Shown here: one piece after another, positions 26,631 to 36,180 of the stretch
How positions within the stretch are numbered: the first letter of the stretch is position 1
How the letters are laid out: every line of letters begins with the position of its first letter
Virus record (IMG/VR): IMGVR_UViG_3300036376_000001
Span: 1-41,191 of that record
Length of the DNA stretch: 41,191 bases
Strand: one strand, 5' to 3'
Source: a virus
Taxonomy: Duplodnaviria > Caudoviricetes
Program-made: the position numbers and the translations under genes
The notes under the pieces: generated by a model
The model's database searches: none
Told to the model about the DNA's origin: nothing
What the model saw: only the letters and a program-made list of their open reading frames with translations

Positions 26631-28220
26631 CTAGGTCGAGATGGAGAAGGTGACGTTTGTGGCGTCGTAGGACGTGGAACCGTTGTTGTTGACGCGCACG
26701 TCGACCGTGTCCCCCACACTGAGTGTGAGAGATGCGGTTCCCGTGACGACGGAAGTCGGCGTGACCGTCTGCGACCAGACGGACGTGCCGTTCTTCAGGA
26801 CCGTGGCAACGATGCCGTTTGAGTTGCTGTCGCCCACCTGAAATGAGAACGAGGCCGTGCAGGCCCCGATATTGCGCGGCGCCGTGTAGCGCGCCTGTGC
26901 GTCGTAGCTGCTCTCGGGGTGCATCTGCGCCTGTTCGATGCGCAGATACGTGCCCGGCAGCCCCTTGACGTACGCGTAGCCCGTGGACACCTGCGAGAGC
27001 GCCGTCAGGGCGCCGTTCGAGGTAGCGCGGGCGTAGAAGCTCCAGTCGGCCGAGTAGTAGTCATCGGCCAGCGTCGTCACGACCGGCGAGGCGGTAATGA
27101 CCACGTTGGAGCCCATATTGACGCCGGACAGGATGTACGGGTCGCTGCCGAACGAGGTCGGGGCAGACACGACGGTCCCGCTCGCATCGCGCACGGTCAC
27201 GCCGCCCGAGATGGTCACGGGATGCCCGGTGCCCCAGATGATCCAGGTGTCGCCGCGCTGGTAGGCATGCAGGCCGTTGTCGAGCAGCGCCTGGCGCCGG
27301 AAGCGCCCCGCACCGCTTGCCAGCAGGCCGGACATGTAGATCGCCGCAGCCCGCACCGACCGGGGAGTTCCGCTGCTATCGTACAAACCCCAATCGGGGA
27401 AACCGTCTGGCGCGGCGCCGTAGCCGCGAAGTGGGTACAGCGTCGCGGTGTGAACGTCGAAGCTGTCGAGGATCGTGACCGCCTTGACGTACCAGCCCGG
27501 CGTGATGTTCGGGCCGCCGAACTCCGTCACCCACAGCGGCTTCGTGCCGATGATGCCCCGCAACTCGGCAAGCCGCCCTTCCCACGTCGACAGGTCGTCG
27601 TAGGGATGGATGGAAACGGCGTCCATGTAGTCAAGGGCGCCATTGTCCTTCAGCGACTGCCAGAAAGGCGAGGCGATGTACACGGTCGCGCCGCCGAGCA
27701 CCGTCACGTTGGCCCGTGCCGCCTTGGCCGCAGGGTAAACGGCTTGCAGCAACGATTTGTAGTAGCCGGGCTTGTCCGTGGCGAAGGTGCCTGTCGTCCA
27801 GGTGCCGCCGTTGATTTCGTTCCAGACCTCGACCGTCTTGATGGACGGATAATGGCCCAGCACCGCCGCTACGTAGTTGGCAAAGGCCGTCTGCCCCGTG
27901 TTGGAATATGGAGTGTTGCCGCTGTCGTAGAGGCTGTTGAAGAAGTCCGCCGTCCAGAGCAGATCGATGCCCGCTGAGGCGTAGGTCGCCACGTAGGCAT
28001 AAGCGGGTTCCGTGAACGTGTATGTGCCCGCACTCGTCTCAATGGCCGCCCAGTACAGTTCGTCACGCGCGACCGACAGGCCGGCGTTCTGCAACTGGCT
28101 GGTCGACGTATCCTTGTCCCACCCTTGAGCGTTGTGCGTCTGGGCGCCGAGACGCATCTGATCGGTGCCGCCCGTGAACAGGGCGACGCCACGGCCGAGA
28201 GCGCGGGGCGTGAACATCAT
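26631..28220 (-). CDS. Clan GH-A glycoside hydrolase (GH5/GH39-like)
   Basis: EVWNE acid/base, SIHPY and LWVTEFG nucleophile motifs. Confidence 0.8.
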   Translation of the reverse strand: MMFTPRALGRGVALFTGGTDQMRLGAQTHNAQGWDKDTSTSQLQNAGLSVARDELYWAAIETSAGTYTFTEPAYAYVATYASAGIDLLWTADFFNSLYDSGNTPYSNTGQTAFANYVAAVLGHYPSIKTVEVWNEINGGTWTTGTFATDKPGYYKSLLQAVYPAAKAARANVTVLGGATVYIASPFWQSLKDNGALDYMDAVSIHPYDDLSTWEGRLAELRGIIGTKPLWVTEFGGPNITPGWYVKAVTILDSFDVHTATLYPLRGYGAAPDGFPDWGLYDSSGTPRSVRAAAIYMSGLLASGAGRFRRQALLDNGLHAYQRGDTWIIWGTGHPVTISGGVTVRDASGTVVSAPTSFGSDPYILSGVNMGSNVVITASPVVTTLADDYYSADWSFYARATSNGALTALSQVSTGYAYVKGLPGTYLRIEQAQMHPESSYDAQARYTAPRNIGACTASFSFQVGDSNSNGIVATVLKNGTSVWSQTVTPTSVVTGTASLTLSVGDTVDVRVNNNGSTSYDATNVTFSIST

Positions 28221-30814
28221 AGCTGCACCCTGTAGAGGCGGCCGGTGTCGGGGTTGACGGTGGACGGGCCTGTCGTGGAGATTGTCCCGTTTGTCGTGCC
28301 GAGCCCGATGTAAAAGTCACCGTTCAGGATGTCGAACGACAAACCCCAAGACGGCGCCGTGAACTCGAACAGCACGGGGAAGGACGCCGCATCGGTCGTC
28401 GTCCTGATGCGAACAGTGTAGTTCCCCGATCCGTCAGGTTTCCCCGTCAGGACATAGACTGTCCCGCTGTACTGCTTCAGGTCGTAGGGTATCTCGCCGC
28501 TGTCGAGCGTCGGCTGCGTGATGGACGCAAAGCCCGACGTGGCGACATACATCTGTTCCGGCGATATCTGGATCTGGTTGCGATACGCTCCAGAGATATA
28601 GATGAGCTTCCCGCTCAACTCTTCCGCCCGATGCATCATGATCTGGTCGGAAGTGGCGTTCGGGGTGATGTTCGATTGGCGCACCCACGCCCCGCTCACC
28701 AGCTTGTACGGATACAAGCCGCCAACGTAGGTGGACGGTGGCGTGTACTGCCATGACCCGTCCAGGTTTCCACTGACGAAAAGGTTGCCGCCGAATGTGA
28801 ACAGGATATGCGTCCGAACCGGGGGGATGCCGCCAGTCGGCATTGACACTTGCGTCCAGGTCGCTCCGTTGTCGCTGGAATAGGCAGTCGGAGGCGAATT
28901 TGTGCCGCCGCTGGCCCAGATATTCCCGCCAAACTCGATCAGGTCAAACCCGTGTTCGGCAAAGGGGAGTACTTCATATTTCGACCACGACCCATTGACG
29001 TACTTGTAGAGCCAGTCGTTGTTGCCGCCGCCGTCCTTATCCCCGCCAGCAGCCCACAATTGACCGCCGATTTCTCGGAACGTCGAGATCTGCTCGTCCG
29101 AAGCCGTGTACTCGTTCGTGACGGTGTTTGTCGCCGGGTTGTAAGAGATGATCTTGCAGCCCGAGTTCGGGGACGGCGTCGAGTTCGACGCATTGCCGTT
29201 GGCGATATAGACCTTGCCGTCCCACGCCTTGATGAACCAAGGCTGGCGCGGGTACGGATCGACCTGATAGGCCTGCGCGGGAATGCCGAGGTCGGTGACC
29301 GCCACACCGGAATACGCGCCCAGGTTGAGGGGCGGGCTGCCGAGCGTCGTGCCGAAGAAGTCCTTCGTCCCGATGGACACGCTGTAGGTCGAGGCGATGT
29401 CCACGCCCGCGCTCTGGGCCGGCGAGCCGGGCTGGATCAGATAGCCCCACGTCACGCCCGCGCCGGGGTTCACCAGCAGCGGGTCGGTCGTGATCTTGTT
29501 GGTGCCGTAGCCGCTGCCGGACCCGCCGTACCAGACGTTCTTGTCCACCGTGATGGCGGGAGAGCCCGACGTGGCCACCTGATTGGCCGAACCCGACGCG
29601 ACAAAGATGTTGTTGGCGACAAAGCCGGTCAGGGTGACGCCGTTCAGAAGCTTCAGGCAGGCTCCGCCCGAGATGTTATTGTAGACGGTGTTGTTGTAGA
29701 CCCGCGCGTTTGAGATTGCGACGCTGTTGGCCGACCACAGCACAATGCCGCCGTAGGTCGTATTCGTGCCGTCGTTCTCGGAGATGCAATAGCGGATCGT
29801 GTTGCGATTGTTCCCCGGCGAGCCGACATAGTCGTACATAAAGAACCCGGCACCCTTGTTGCCGTGGCTGTAGCAGCGCTCGATGATGCAATCGTCGCAT
29901 CCTTCGAGGTCGAAGCCGTCACCGTCGACCGTGTTGGGCGAGGTGTTGTTGTAACTCTCGCAATTGCGAACGACGACGTTCTTCGACATCCACGGAAAGA
30001 TGCCGACGCCGCCACCCGTCGACGCGCCGTTGGAATAGGCTTTCAGCCTTTCCCACGTGCCGCCGGACTGGCCGTACACGATGAAGCCGCTGTAGCCGTT
30101 CGAATAGGCGGTGCAGTCCGTGATGTTGAACGTGGTCAGGTTGTAGGCAAAGCCTGTCGTCGACCACGATCCCACCTTCAGGCCCGTGTCGCCGTTCGAA
30201 TAGAAGGACGAGTTGGTGACGTTGGTCGTCGTAATGCCGCAGGGCGAGGCGGTCGTCGTTTCGAAGTACCCGGCGAGGCCGTTGTTGGTCGCGCCGTGGA
30301 AGGCGCAGCCATCGACCGTCAGCGTGCCCAACATGCCGAAGCCGCTGTGCCCGTAGAGGTCGACGCTGTGCTTGAATGCCCCGGAAATCTCGACGTTCTG
30401 AAGCGTGAAGCTTGTCGCCGAGCCCGAGGCCCAGTTCGTCTCGATGCCGCCCTTCGTGCTGCTGCCCGAGATGATGACGTTGGACAGCGTGAACACGTCC
30501 ACGGTCGCGTTGATGACCGCCGAGCTGCCATTGGGCGGGCTCAGCGTCGCCTTGCCCGTCCCATAGGAGGTGTAGGTGACGCCGGACACGGCAACCAGGG
30601 TGGCGTCGTTGAACGTATCGCCGCCCTTGAACGCCACCGTGTCGCCTGCGTTGAGCGTCAGCGCGTTGACGGCGGCAATCGTCTGCTTGGGCGCGGACGT
30701 GGACAGCCCGTCGTTGGCGTTGTTGCCCGTGGCCGAGACATAATACGTCAGGCCCACATTGCCGCCGCCAGTGAAGATGGCGACACCGGAGCCCAGACCA
30801 CGGGGTGAAAACAT
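28217..30814 (-). CDS. Right-handed beta-helix (pectin-lyase-like) depolymerase with a C-terminal propeller
   Basis: TYYVSATGNNANDG, DGDGFD and NNTVYNN parallel beta-helix repeats. Confidence 0.78.
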   Translation of the reverse strand: MFSPRGLGSGVAIFTGGGNVGLTYYVSATGNNANDGLSTSAPKQTIAAVNALTLNAGDTVAFKGGDTFNDATLVAVSGVTYTSYGTGKATLSPPNGSSAVINATVDVFTLSNVIISGSSTKGGIETNWASGSATSFTLQNVEISGAFKHSVDLYGHSGFGMLGTLTVDGCAFHGATNNGLAGYFETTTASPCGITTTNVTNSSFYSNGDTGLKVGSWSTTGFAYNLTTFNITDCTAYSNGYSGFIVYGQSGGTWERLKAYSNGASTGGGVGIFPWMSKNVVVRNCESYNNTSPNTVDGDGFDLEGCDDCIIERCYSHGNKGAGFFMYDYVGSPGNNRNTIRYCISENDGTNTTYGGIVLWSANSVAISNARVYNNTVYNNISGGACLKLLNGVTLTGFVANNIFVASGSANQVATSGSPAITVDKNVWYGGSGSGYGTNKITTDPLLVNPGAGVTWGYLIQPGSPAQSAGVDIASTYSVSIGTKDFFGTTLGSPPLNLGAYSGVAVTDLGIPAQAYQVDPYPRQPWFIKAWDGKVYIANGNASNSTPSPNSGCKIISYNPATNTVTNEYTASDEQISTFREIGGQLWAAGGDKDGGGNNDWLYKYVNGSWSKYEVLPFAEHGFDLIEFGGNIWASGGTNSPPTAYSSDNGATWTQVSMPTGGIPPVRTHILFTFGGNLFVSGNLDGSWQYTPPSTYVGGLYPYKLVSGAWVRQSNITPNATSDQIMMHRAEELSGKLIYISGAYRNQIQISPEQMYVATSGFASITQPTLDSGEIPYDLKQYSGTVYVLTGKPDGSGNYTVRIRTTTDAASFPVLFEFTAPSWGLSFDILNGDFYIGLGTTNGTISTTGPSTVNPDTGRLYRVQL

Positions 30815-31206
30815 CAGGCAGCCTCATCCAAAATGGGAAGAAGCGCCCGGATGGCGTCTTCCACGTCCTGCTCGTCCAGATAGTCCTCGTACGCCCGCAA
30901 CAGGGCCTTCACCGCCTTGACGTCAGCGGCTACCGCGTCCCAGTCGACCGTCTCCGGTTTTGGCTGTACTTCCCTGGCGACGCGCTCGACGGCCTTGATG
31001 GCCGCCTTGACGGGCTTTGACGGCTCCTCGATGCCGAGAATGCGGTCGTAAATGCCCTCCAGCTCGGCAGCGTCCCAGCGGTCTACCTTGGCTGTGCGCC
31101 CACCGCCCCCAGCGCCCCCGGTCGAGGCCGCCGGTGTGACAACAACAACCGTTTCCCCTTGGAAAATGTTGTTCTGGAAGATGTTGCGCTGGAACAGGGC
31201 CGCCAT
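30814..31206 (-). CDS. Hypothetical protein
   Basis: FQRNIFQNNIFQ N-terminus; translationally coupled. Confidence 0.65.
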   Translation of the reverse strand: MAALFQRNIFQNNIFQGETVVVVTPAASTGGAGGGGRTAKVDRWDAAELEGIYDRILGIEEPSKPVKAAIKAVERVAREVQPKPETVDWDAVAADVKAVKALLRAYEDYLDEQDVEDAIRALLPILDEAA

Positions 31207-31213
31207 TGCAGCC

Positions 31214-31732
31214 TCACGTCAGACCGGAGCCCGTAATCAGCCACTCCGTCGTGCCGATCTTGAGCGCCGTGGCCGAGCCGTACTGCGCAAGCGTGCGGCT
31301 GCCCGTGCCACCGGACGGCCCCCAGGTCAGCGTGTCCGTCGTAATGGCGATGGTCACGTTGCTGGCCGAGCGGTTCACAAAGGTGATCGTCGTTCCCACC
31401 GGATACGCCACCGACCCGTTGGCCGGGATCGTGAACGTGCGCGCGTTGGCGTCCGACGCCGGGTGAAAGACGTGCTTTCCTGCGTCACCCAGAACGAGGG
31501 TGTAGTCGGCCGATTTGCTGTTCTGCGGGACGTTGGCGAAGCCGTAGTCCACGCCTGCGGACCACGACGTAACGCCCGTACCGCCATTGCCAACCGGCAG
31601 CGTGCCCGTAACCTGCGTCGTCAGGTCAAGCGTGCCGGTGATGGTGTGGTCGGCGTTCCACTGCGTCGCGCCGATTTCCGACCCGTCCGTCGGCGTGGCG
31701 GACTGGTAGGCGTGCTTGACGGTGAGCGCCAT
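31214..31732 (-). CDS. Fibre adaptor-type protein
   Basis: VKH..WNADH; GTLPVGNGGTG; ADYTLVLGDAGK..WLITG. Confidence 0.65.
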   Translation of the reverse strand: MALTVKHAYQSATPTDGSEIGATQWNADHTITGTLDLTTQVTGTLPVGNGGTGVTSWSAGVDYGFANVPQNSKSADYTLVLGDAGKHVFHPASDANARTFTIPANGSVAYPVGTTITFVNRSASNVTIAITTDTLTWGPSGGTGSRTLAQYGSATALKIGTTEWLITGSGLT

Positions 31733-34239
31733 CAGGCAATCTCCGCCGCCGCAATGCGCCCGTCAGTGCCGCGCTTGAACTTGACCGAACGTGGCCCTTT
31801 CGGCTTCTTCGCGTCCTCGGTGGCCTTCTGCTTGGCCTGCCATTCCTTGACGCGAATGTCGGCAGCCTGTTGCTCGGCGCCCACCTTCGTCTTGTGCGCC
31901 TCGTCGGCTTGCATCAGGCTCGTGCGGTGCGCCTCGTCCTTCTGCGACAGGCCGATGGTGTGGGCCTCCATGTCGCGCTGCAGCGTGCTTTCGTGGGCCT
32001 GCTGCGCCATTTGCATTTCGCGCTCGTGCCGGTCAGCGGCCATGGCGCTTTCCATCTCGGCCTGCTGCTGCTTCAGAAGCGCTTCCTGCTCGTGCTTCTG
32101 CTGCTCAAGTTGCAGCTTGGCCTGCAGTTCCATCTGCTTCAGCGCGAGTTCGGCCTCCAGCTTTTTCTGTTGCAGGGCGGCGTCGGCCTCAGCCTTCTGC
32201 TGCTCCATCTGCAGGCGCTGCTGCTCCATCTGGATTTCAGCCTGCGCCTTGACCATCTCCGGGTCCTGCTTGGGCGGCTGCGGCTGCTGTGCCTGCTTGG
32301 TCGCGTTCTCGGCGAGCTTTTCCAAGCTGTCCTCGACCTGCTTGCCCAGCTTGAAGTTGCGGGCGAAGGCCGAATAGATGTCCACCGCGACGTTGGCCGG
32401 CATGAGCCCGGCTTGCACCGCAGGACCAACCGCCTGGATGTACGCCGCCGTTCCGTTGACGAACTCGCCCATGACCTGCTGGTTGCGGGTCAGGTCGGCG
32501 CGGATGGTCGAGTCCGACTCCACGTCGATCTTGAACGACCGCATCAGGTCGTCCCTGAGCAGCGGCTTGACCTCCTCCACCGTCGGCAGGTCGAGATAGT
32601 CCAGCATTTTCTGCGGCGGCTGGGGCGGCGGTGCGGGCTGCCCATCGGGACCGACCATGCCCTGCGCCTGTTGCTGGATGACCTGCAGCTTCTGCTGTAT
32701 GATCTTCTTGTCGCGCTCGGTCGCCAGTTCTACGCCCGTCATCTTCGACAGGAAACCGATGTCAAAGTGGTTGGCGATCAGCTCCGCCTTGATGCGGAAG
32801 ATGTCGCGGACATAGCGCGCAATCTCCTGCTGCATGCGCTGGATGCGCAGCGAGCCCCACTGCGACTTGATGTTCTGCGCCGTCGCCGTCTCGCTGGCCT
32901 CTGTCTGGCCGCGCAAGATGTCCGACAGGCCCGAGACCTCGTTGATGGTCTCCTTAATCCGCTCGCGCTGCTCGACAAGCTCCTTGATCGCGGCCACCTG
33001 CGGCTCGATGGGCCACCAGCCGATGATCTTGTTCAGGTCGCCGCCGGCCGTCAGGAAGATGTCTAGGTTCTCAACCGGGACTAGCTCGCCGTCCGCAGCC
33101 TGCGTTAGGTTCTGGATGTCCTGCGCCATGGTCGAGTAGAGACCACGCACGCGGATCTGGCGCGCCAGGCGACGGATGCGGTCGCTGACCTCGTTCAGTT
33201 CCTCCGCAAGCTCCCGATACGCCTCATAGGGCGGCACGGGCGTCATGTCGCCGGGCGTGTCGATGGGCACCAGCGGGCGCGGCAGCGGGAAGAAGCCCTC
33301 CAACTGCAGCGGGTCCTTGACCCGGCACAGCACCTTCCACGGGTAGTCCGTGCACAGCCAAATGACTTCGCGGTTCTTCTTGTCCCAGATTTCCCAGACG
33401 TGGGCGCGCTTGAAGATGTCGCCGTCAGGGCTGCGGCCCGCATTGGCCTGATCCGGCGTCGTCTCGTTCTTCGCGCCTTCCGCGTCCCAGTTCAGCGGGA
33501 TGTCGTCGACCGGGGCCGCATCCTTTCGGCCGTCGAGCAGGTCCTCAAGCTGCTCCTTCGACATGAAGTGCTCGAAGGCGATCCACGGCACGTCGGACCA
33601 CACAAGGCCGGGGCCTTGGCGATAGTTCTTCCAGTGGACGTACTCGTAGCGCACCTCGTGGCCCGTGACCTTCTCGCCCTTTTCGGGCGGGGTCATCAGG
33701 TCGGCGTGCTCGTCGCTCTCCTGCTCGGGCGTCTCCAGCCCGTCCTCGTCATCGTCGTTCTCCGCGCCCTCAATCTTGGGGATGAGGCGCACGCGTCCAA
33801 CGCCACGGCCAGGCACGCAACTGTCGAAGATGGTCGGCTTCAGTTCGGCTTCGAAGTCGTAGCGGTCGAGGCTGTAGGTCAGCGCGCGTTCGAGGATCTG
33901 CGCTACCGCCTTGCCCGGCTTTCCGGGATCGCCGAAGCGGCGGCGAATATCCGGGATGGGCTGCGAGTTGTACAGCGCCGGAAGCAGCGTCTCCGTGTTG
34001 GAGTAAAGCACGTTGAACGCGGTCTGCCGGCCAGGCGTGCGCTCGGCGTTGCCCTGCTCCTTTTCGGAGCGGTAGACCTTGACCACGTCGTCGGCGCGCT
34101 TACGCCAGTCGCCTTCGCTGCCCTTTGAGCGCGCGGCAATGGCGCCCATCCACATCTGCCAATAGCCGGCATCCTTTCCGCCAATCTGGAGAGCCTCTTT
34201 CGGGCTCTCGTATTGCTGGCGGTCAGTATTGTCGGTCAT
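31732..34239 (-). CDS. Portal protein
   Basis: 835 aa directly after terL; FNVLYSN, GRGVGRVR, SGLSDILRG, ETATAQNIK; long Gln-rich coiled-coil C-terminus. Confidence 0.88.
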   Translation of the reverse strand: MTDNTDRQQYESPKEALQIGGKDAGYWQMWMGAIAARSKGSEGDWRKRADDVVKVYRSEKEQGNAERTPGRQTAFNVLYSNTETLLPALYNSQPIPDIRRRFGDPGKPGKAVAQILERALTYSLDRYDFEAELKPTIFDSCVPGRGVGRVRLIPKIEGAENDDDEDGLETPEQESDEHADLMTPPEKGEKVTGHEVRYEYVHWKNYRQGPGLVWSDVPWIAFEHFMSKEQLEDLLDGRKDAAPVDDIPLNWDAEGAKNETTPDQANAGRSPDGDIFKRAHVWEIWDKKNREVIWLCTDYPWKVLCRVKDPLQLEGFFPLPRPLVPIDTPGDMTPVPPYEAYRELAEELNEVSDRIRRLARQIRVRGLYSTMAQDIQNLTQAADGELVPVENLDIFLTAGGDLNKIIGWWPIEPQVAAIKELVEQRERIKETINEVSGLSDILRGQTEASETATAQNIKSQWGSLRIQRMQQEIARYVRDIFRIKAELIANHFDIGFLSKMTGVELATERDKKIIQQKLQVIQQQAQGMVGPDGQPAPPPQPPQKMLDYLDLPTVEEVKPLLRDDLMRSFKIDVESDSTIRADLTRNQQVMGEFVNGTAAYIQAVGPAVQAGLMPANVAVDIYSAFARNFKLGKQVEDSLEKLAENATKQAQQPQPPKQDPEMVKAQAEIQMEQQRLQMEQQKAEADAALQQKKLEAELALKQMELQAKLQLEQQKHEQEALLKQQQAEMESAMAADRHEREMQMAQQAHESTLQRDMEAHTIGLSQKDEAHRTSLMQADEAHKTKVGAEQQAADIRVKEWQAKQKATEDAKKPKGPRSVKFKRGTDGRIAAAEIA

Positions 34240-34247
34240 CGGTCTTC

Positions 34248-35738
34248 CTAGGCGTACGGATCGCGCCGCCGCTTATGCAGGTCGTTGAAGTGCTTCATGC
34301 TGGGAAGCCGCATCCGGCCACCCACCAGCATGTGGCTCTCCTCGACCGGCTTTTCCTCCGGACGCCGCGGTACCCATGGCCGCGACATGCACCCGTAACG
34401 GGCCTCGTCCGCGACGTGGTCCTCGCCGTCCGTGTCCAGGTCTTCCGGATGGTCCGGGTCGTGCTGCAGGCTCGGCACCGTGCGGATGAAGTCCTTGCAC
34501 GTGTCGAACACAAACAGCATGGGCCGTCCGTCGTGGTCACCCTTCAGTCGCTGGCGCATCTGGTCCCAGCCCGACAGCGCGCCCAGCTTGGCGACGCGCT
34601 TGTTGTCGGCAGGGCGCCACGCCACACCGGCCCGCATCATCCGCTCGGCAATCGAAGGACCGCCGTCTACGGCGAAGGCTGCGGGGTCTAGGACGCCGTA
34701 GCTGATTTTGTCGCCGCGCTCTCGGTCCTTGATGCCTTCGGCAACTTCTTCCGCTGTAAGTCGGAGCCCGACGTTTGGCGCACTTGCGCCGTACCACTCT
34801 CGATAGCGGACCATAGCGCCGCGAGGAAGCACTCGACCTCCTCCGAGCGAAGTGTCATCGCCCACGACGGCCCACCAACCAATCGAAAATGGACGCGCGC
34901 TTCCCCAGTCGCCGGATCGAAAGCGCAGCCAGTCATCCGGTAGCTGGAACGGTTCAATGACGTGACGGGCGGTGCTGAAGTTGTCAAAAAACGCGCCTTC
35001 GATTACGGACCAATCGCCGTCCAGCCATGCCTTGACCAGAGCTTCACTACCACTCGCGCGGAGCCGGGCGACGTATCCCTCGTCCAGATGACGGTTGTCC
35101 GTGACACGCGAAGGGATGAAAATGCGCTCCAGACCCGAAGCCTGATCCTTGATGCGAACCCACCCGCGCGGATCGGGGTCAATGTAGCGAGCTTTGACCC
35201 AGGTATGGCCCGGCCCTCCGGGGTTCGCCGTCGCCCTGAAGCCGCACGGCACGCCAGCGCCGGAACGCAGCGTCGCCATGAGCTTCATGACCGGCTTGGG
35301 ATCGGGAAAGTTCGTCAGCTCTTCGATGTAGACGCGGGTGTAGCTGTGGCCCTGGTAGGCTTCCGCGTCGGCGTCGCGCTCGAGGTAGGCAAAGCGCAGG
35401 CGTGCCCCGTTCGGGAACCGCCACATCTTGTCCTGCTCGTGGAACTTGGCGCCCAGCTTCGTGTAGATCGCCCGGCTGCGCTCGATGGTCTCGACGAGCT
35501 GCGTGCGCTCCCGGCGGAGCATCAGGCCAATGGCGTTCTCGCCGTACCTGTCCGCGTGGTTGATGAACTCGCCGAGCATCCCCTCGGTTTTGCCAAGAAC
35601 GTCTAGCCCCCCAGCCCGAAGACCGGGGGGCTAGACGCCTCCACCTCGTGCGCCGCCAAACAACACTTCAAAGACCGGACACGTGACAAGTGCGGTCTGA
35701 GGTCCTGGATTTGGGGTCCATGCGTATTCGTCAGACAT
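34248..35738 (-). CDS. terL: Terminase large subunit interrupted by a 45-nt in-frame insert in Walker A (481 aa if removed)
   Basis: 5' segment MSDEYAWTPNPGPQTALVTCPVFEVLFGGARGGG, then after the insert KTEGML...; Walker B VYIEELT; ATANPGG; nuclease DWG...DHVADEARY. Confidence 0.92.
35592..35639 (-). other. Hairpin insertion with an in-frame UAG, candidate translational-bypass element
   Basis: GGC GUC UAG CCC CCC GGU CUU CGG GCU GGG GGG CUA GAC GUU CUU GGC; 19-bp stem with a cUUCGg loop. Confidence 0.8.
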
Positions 35739-36180
35739 GCTTCCACGTTTCGTTTTTGAGAAGACGATAGACCGTGATTTCCGCAATGCCAAAATGCTCG
35801 GCCAATGCGCGTTGGCTCACGCGGCGCGGCACGTACCATTGACGAATGAGCCGCACCGTTTCTTCCGAAAGCGCTAGAGGTCCGGCGCGCTCACCCTTGG
35901 CCTGTCGCCCCTTCGCAACCTTATCGGCCATGTTGTCCGCTGGCGTTCCCAGCGACAAATGTTCTGGGTTCACGCACTCGCGGACATCGCATTTGTGCAT
36001 GACCAGTTTGTCGGAAGGGACCGCTTCACAGAACACCTCGTAGGCGAGCCGATGCGCCCGCCACGTCTTGCCCTTAAGTTTCGCTTTGCCGTAGCCATCC
36101 TGTCCTATCGTACCCGTCCACAGCCAGCAGCCGGTGTTGGGCTCAGGCTGGCAGCGATCCGTAATGTAGGACTGGCTCAT
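35731..36180 (-). CDS. HNH endonuclease between terS and terL
   Basis: GCWLWTG..GYG..AHRLAY..HKCDVRECVNPEHL..NMAD; C-terminal HTH; overlaps both neighbours. Confidence 0.9.
   Translation of the reverse strand: MSQSYITDRCQPEPNTGCWLWTGTIGQDGYGKAKLKGKTWRAHRLAYEVFCEAVPSDKLVMHKCDVRECVNPEHLSLGTPADNMADKVAKGRQAKGERAGPLALSEETVRLIRQWYVPRRVSQRALAEHFGIAEITVYRLLKNETWKHV

Noticed and set aside
22198-31732. Diversity-generating retroelement or invertible fibre cassette
   Set aside because: No reverse transcriptase, invertase or near-identical template/variable repeat pair was seen in the window; the duplicated modules are diverged.
35631-35633. Genome-wide TAG reassignment explaining the terL stop
   Set aside because: TAG ends normal genes here (terL at 34248, also 26631 and 22198). 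Simple readthrough would also leave 15 extra residues in the P-loop.
35592-35639. terL insert as an intrinsic terminator, group I/II intron or intein
   Set aside because: There is no real U-tract (GUUCUU only), it is too short for a ribozyme core, and it contains a stop codon.
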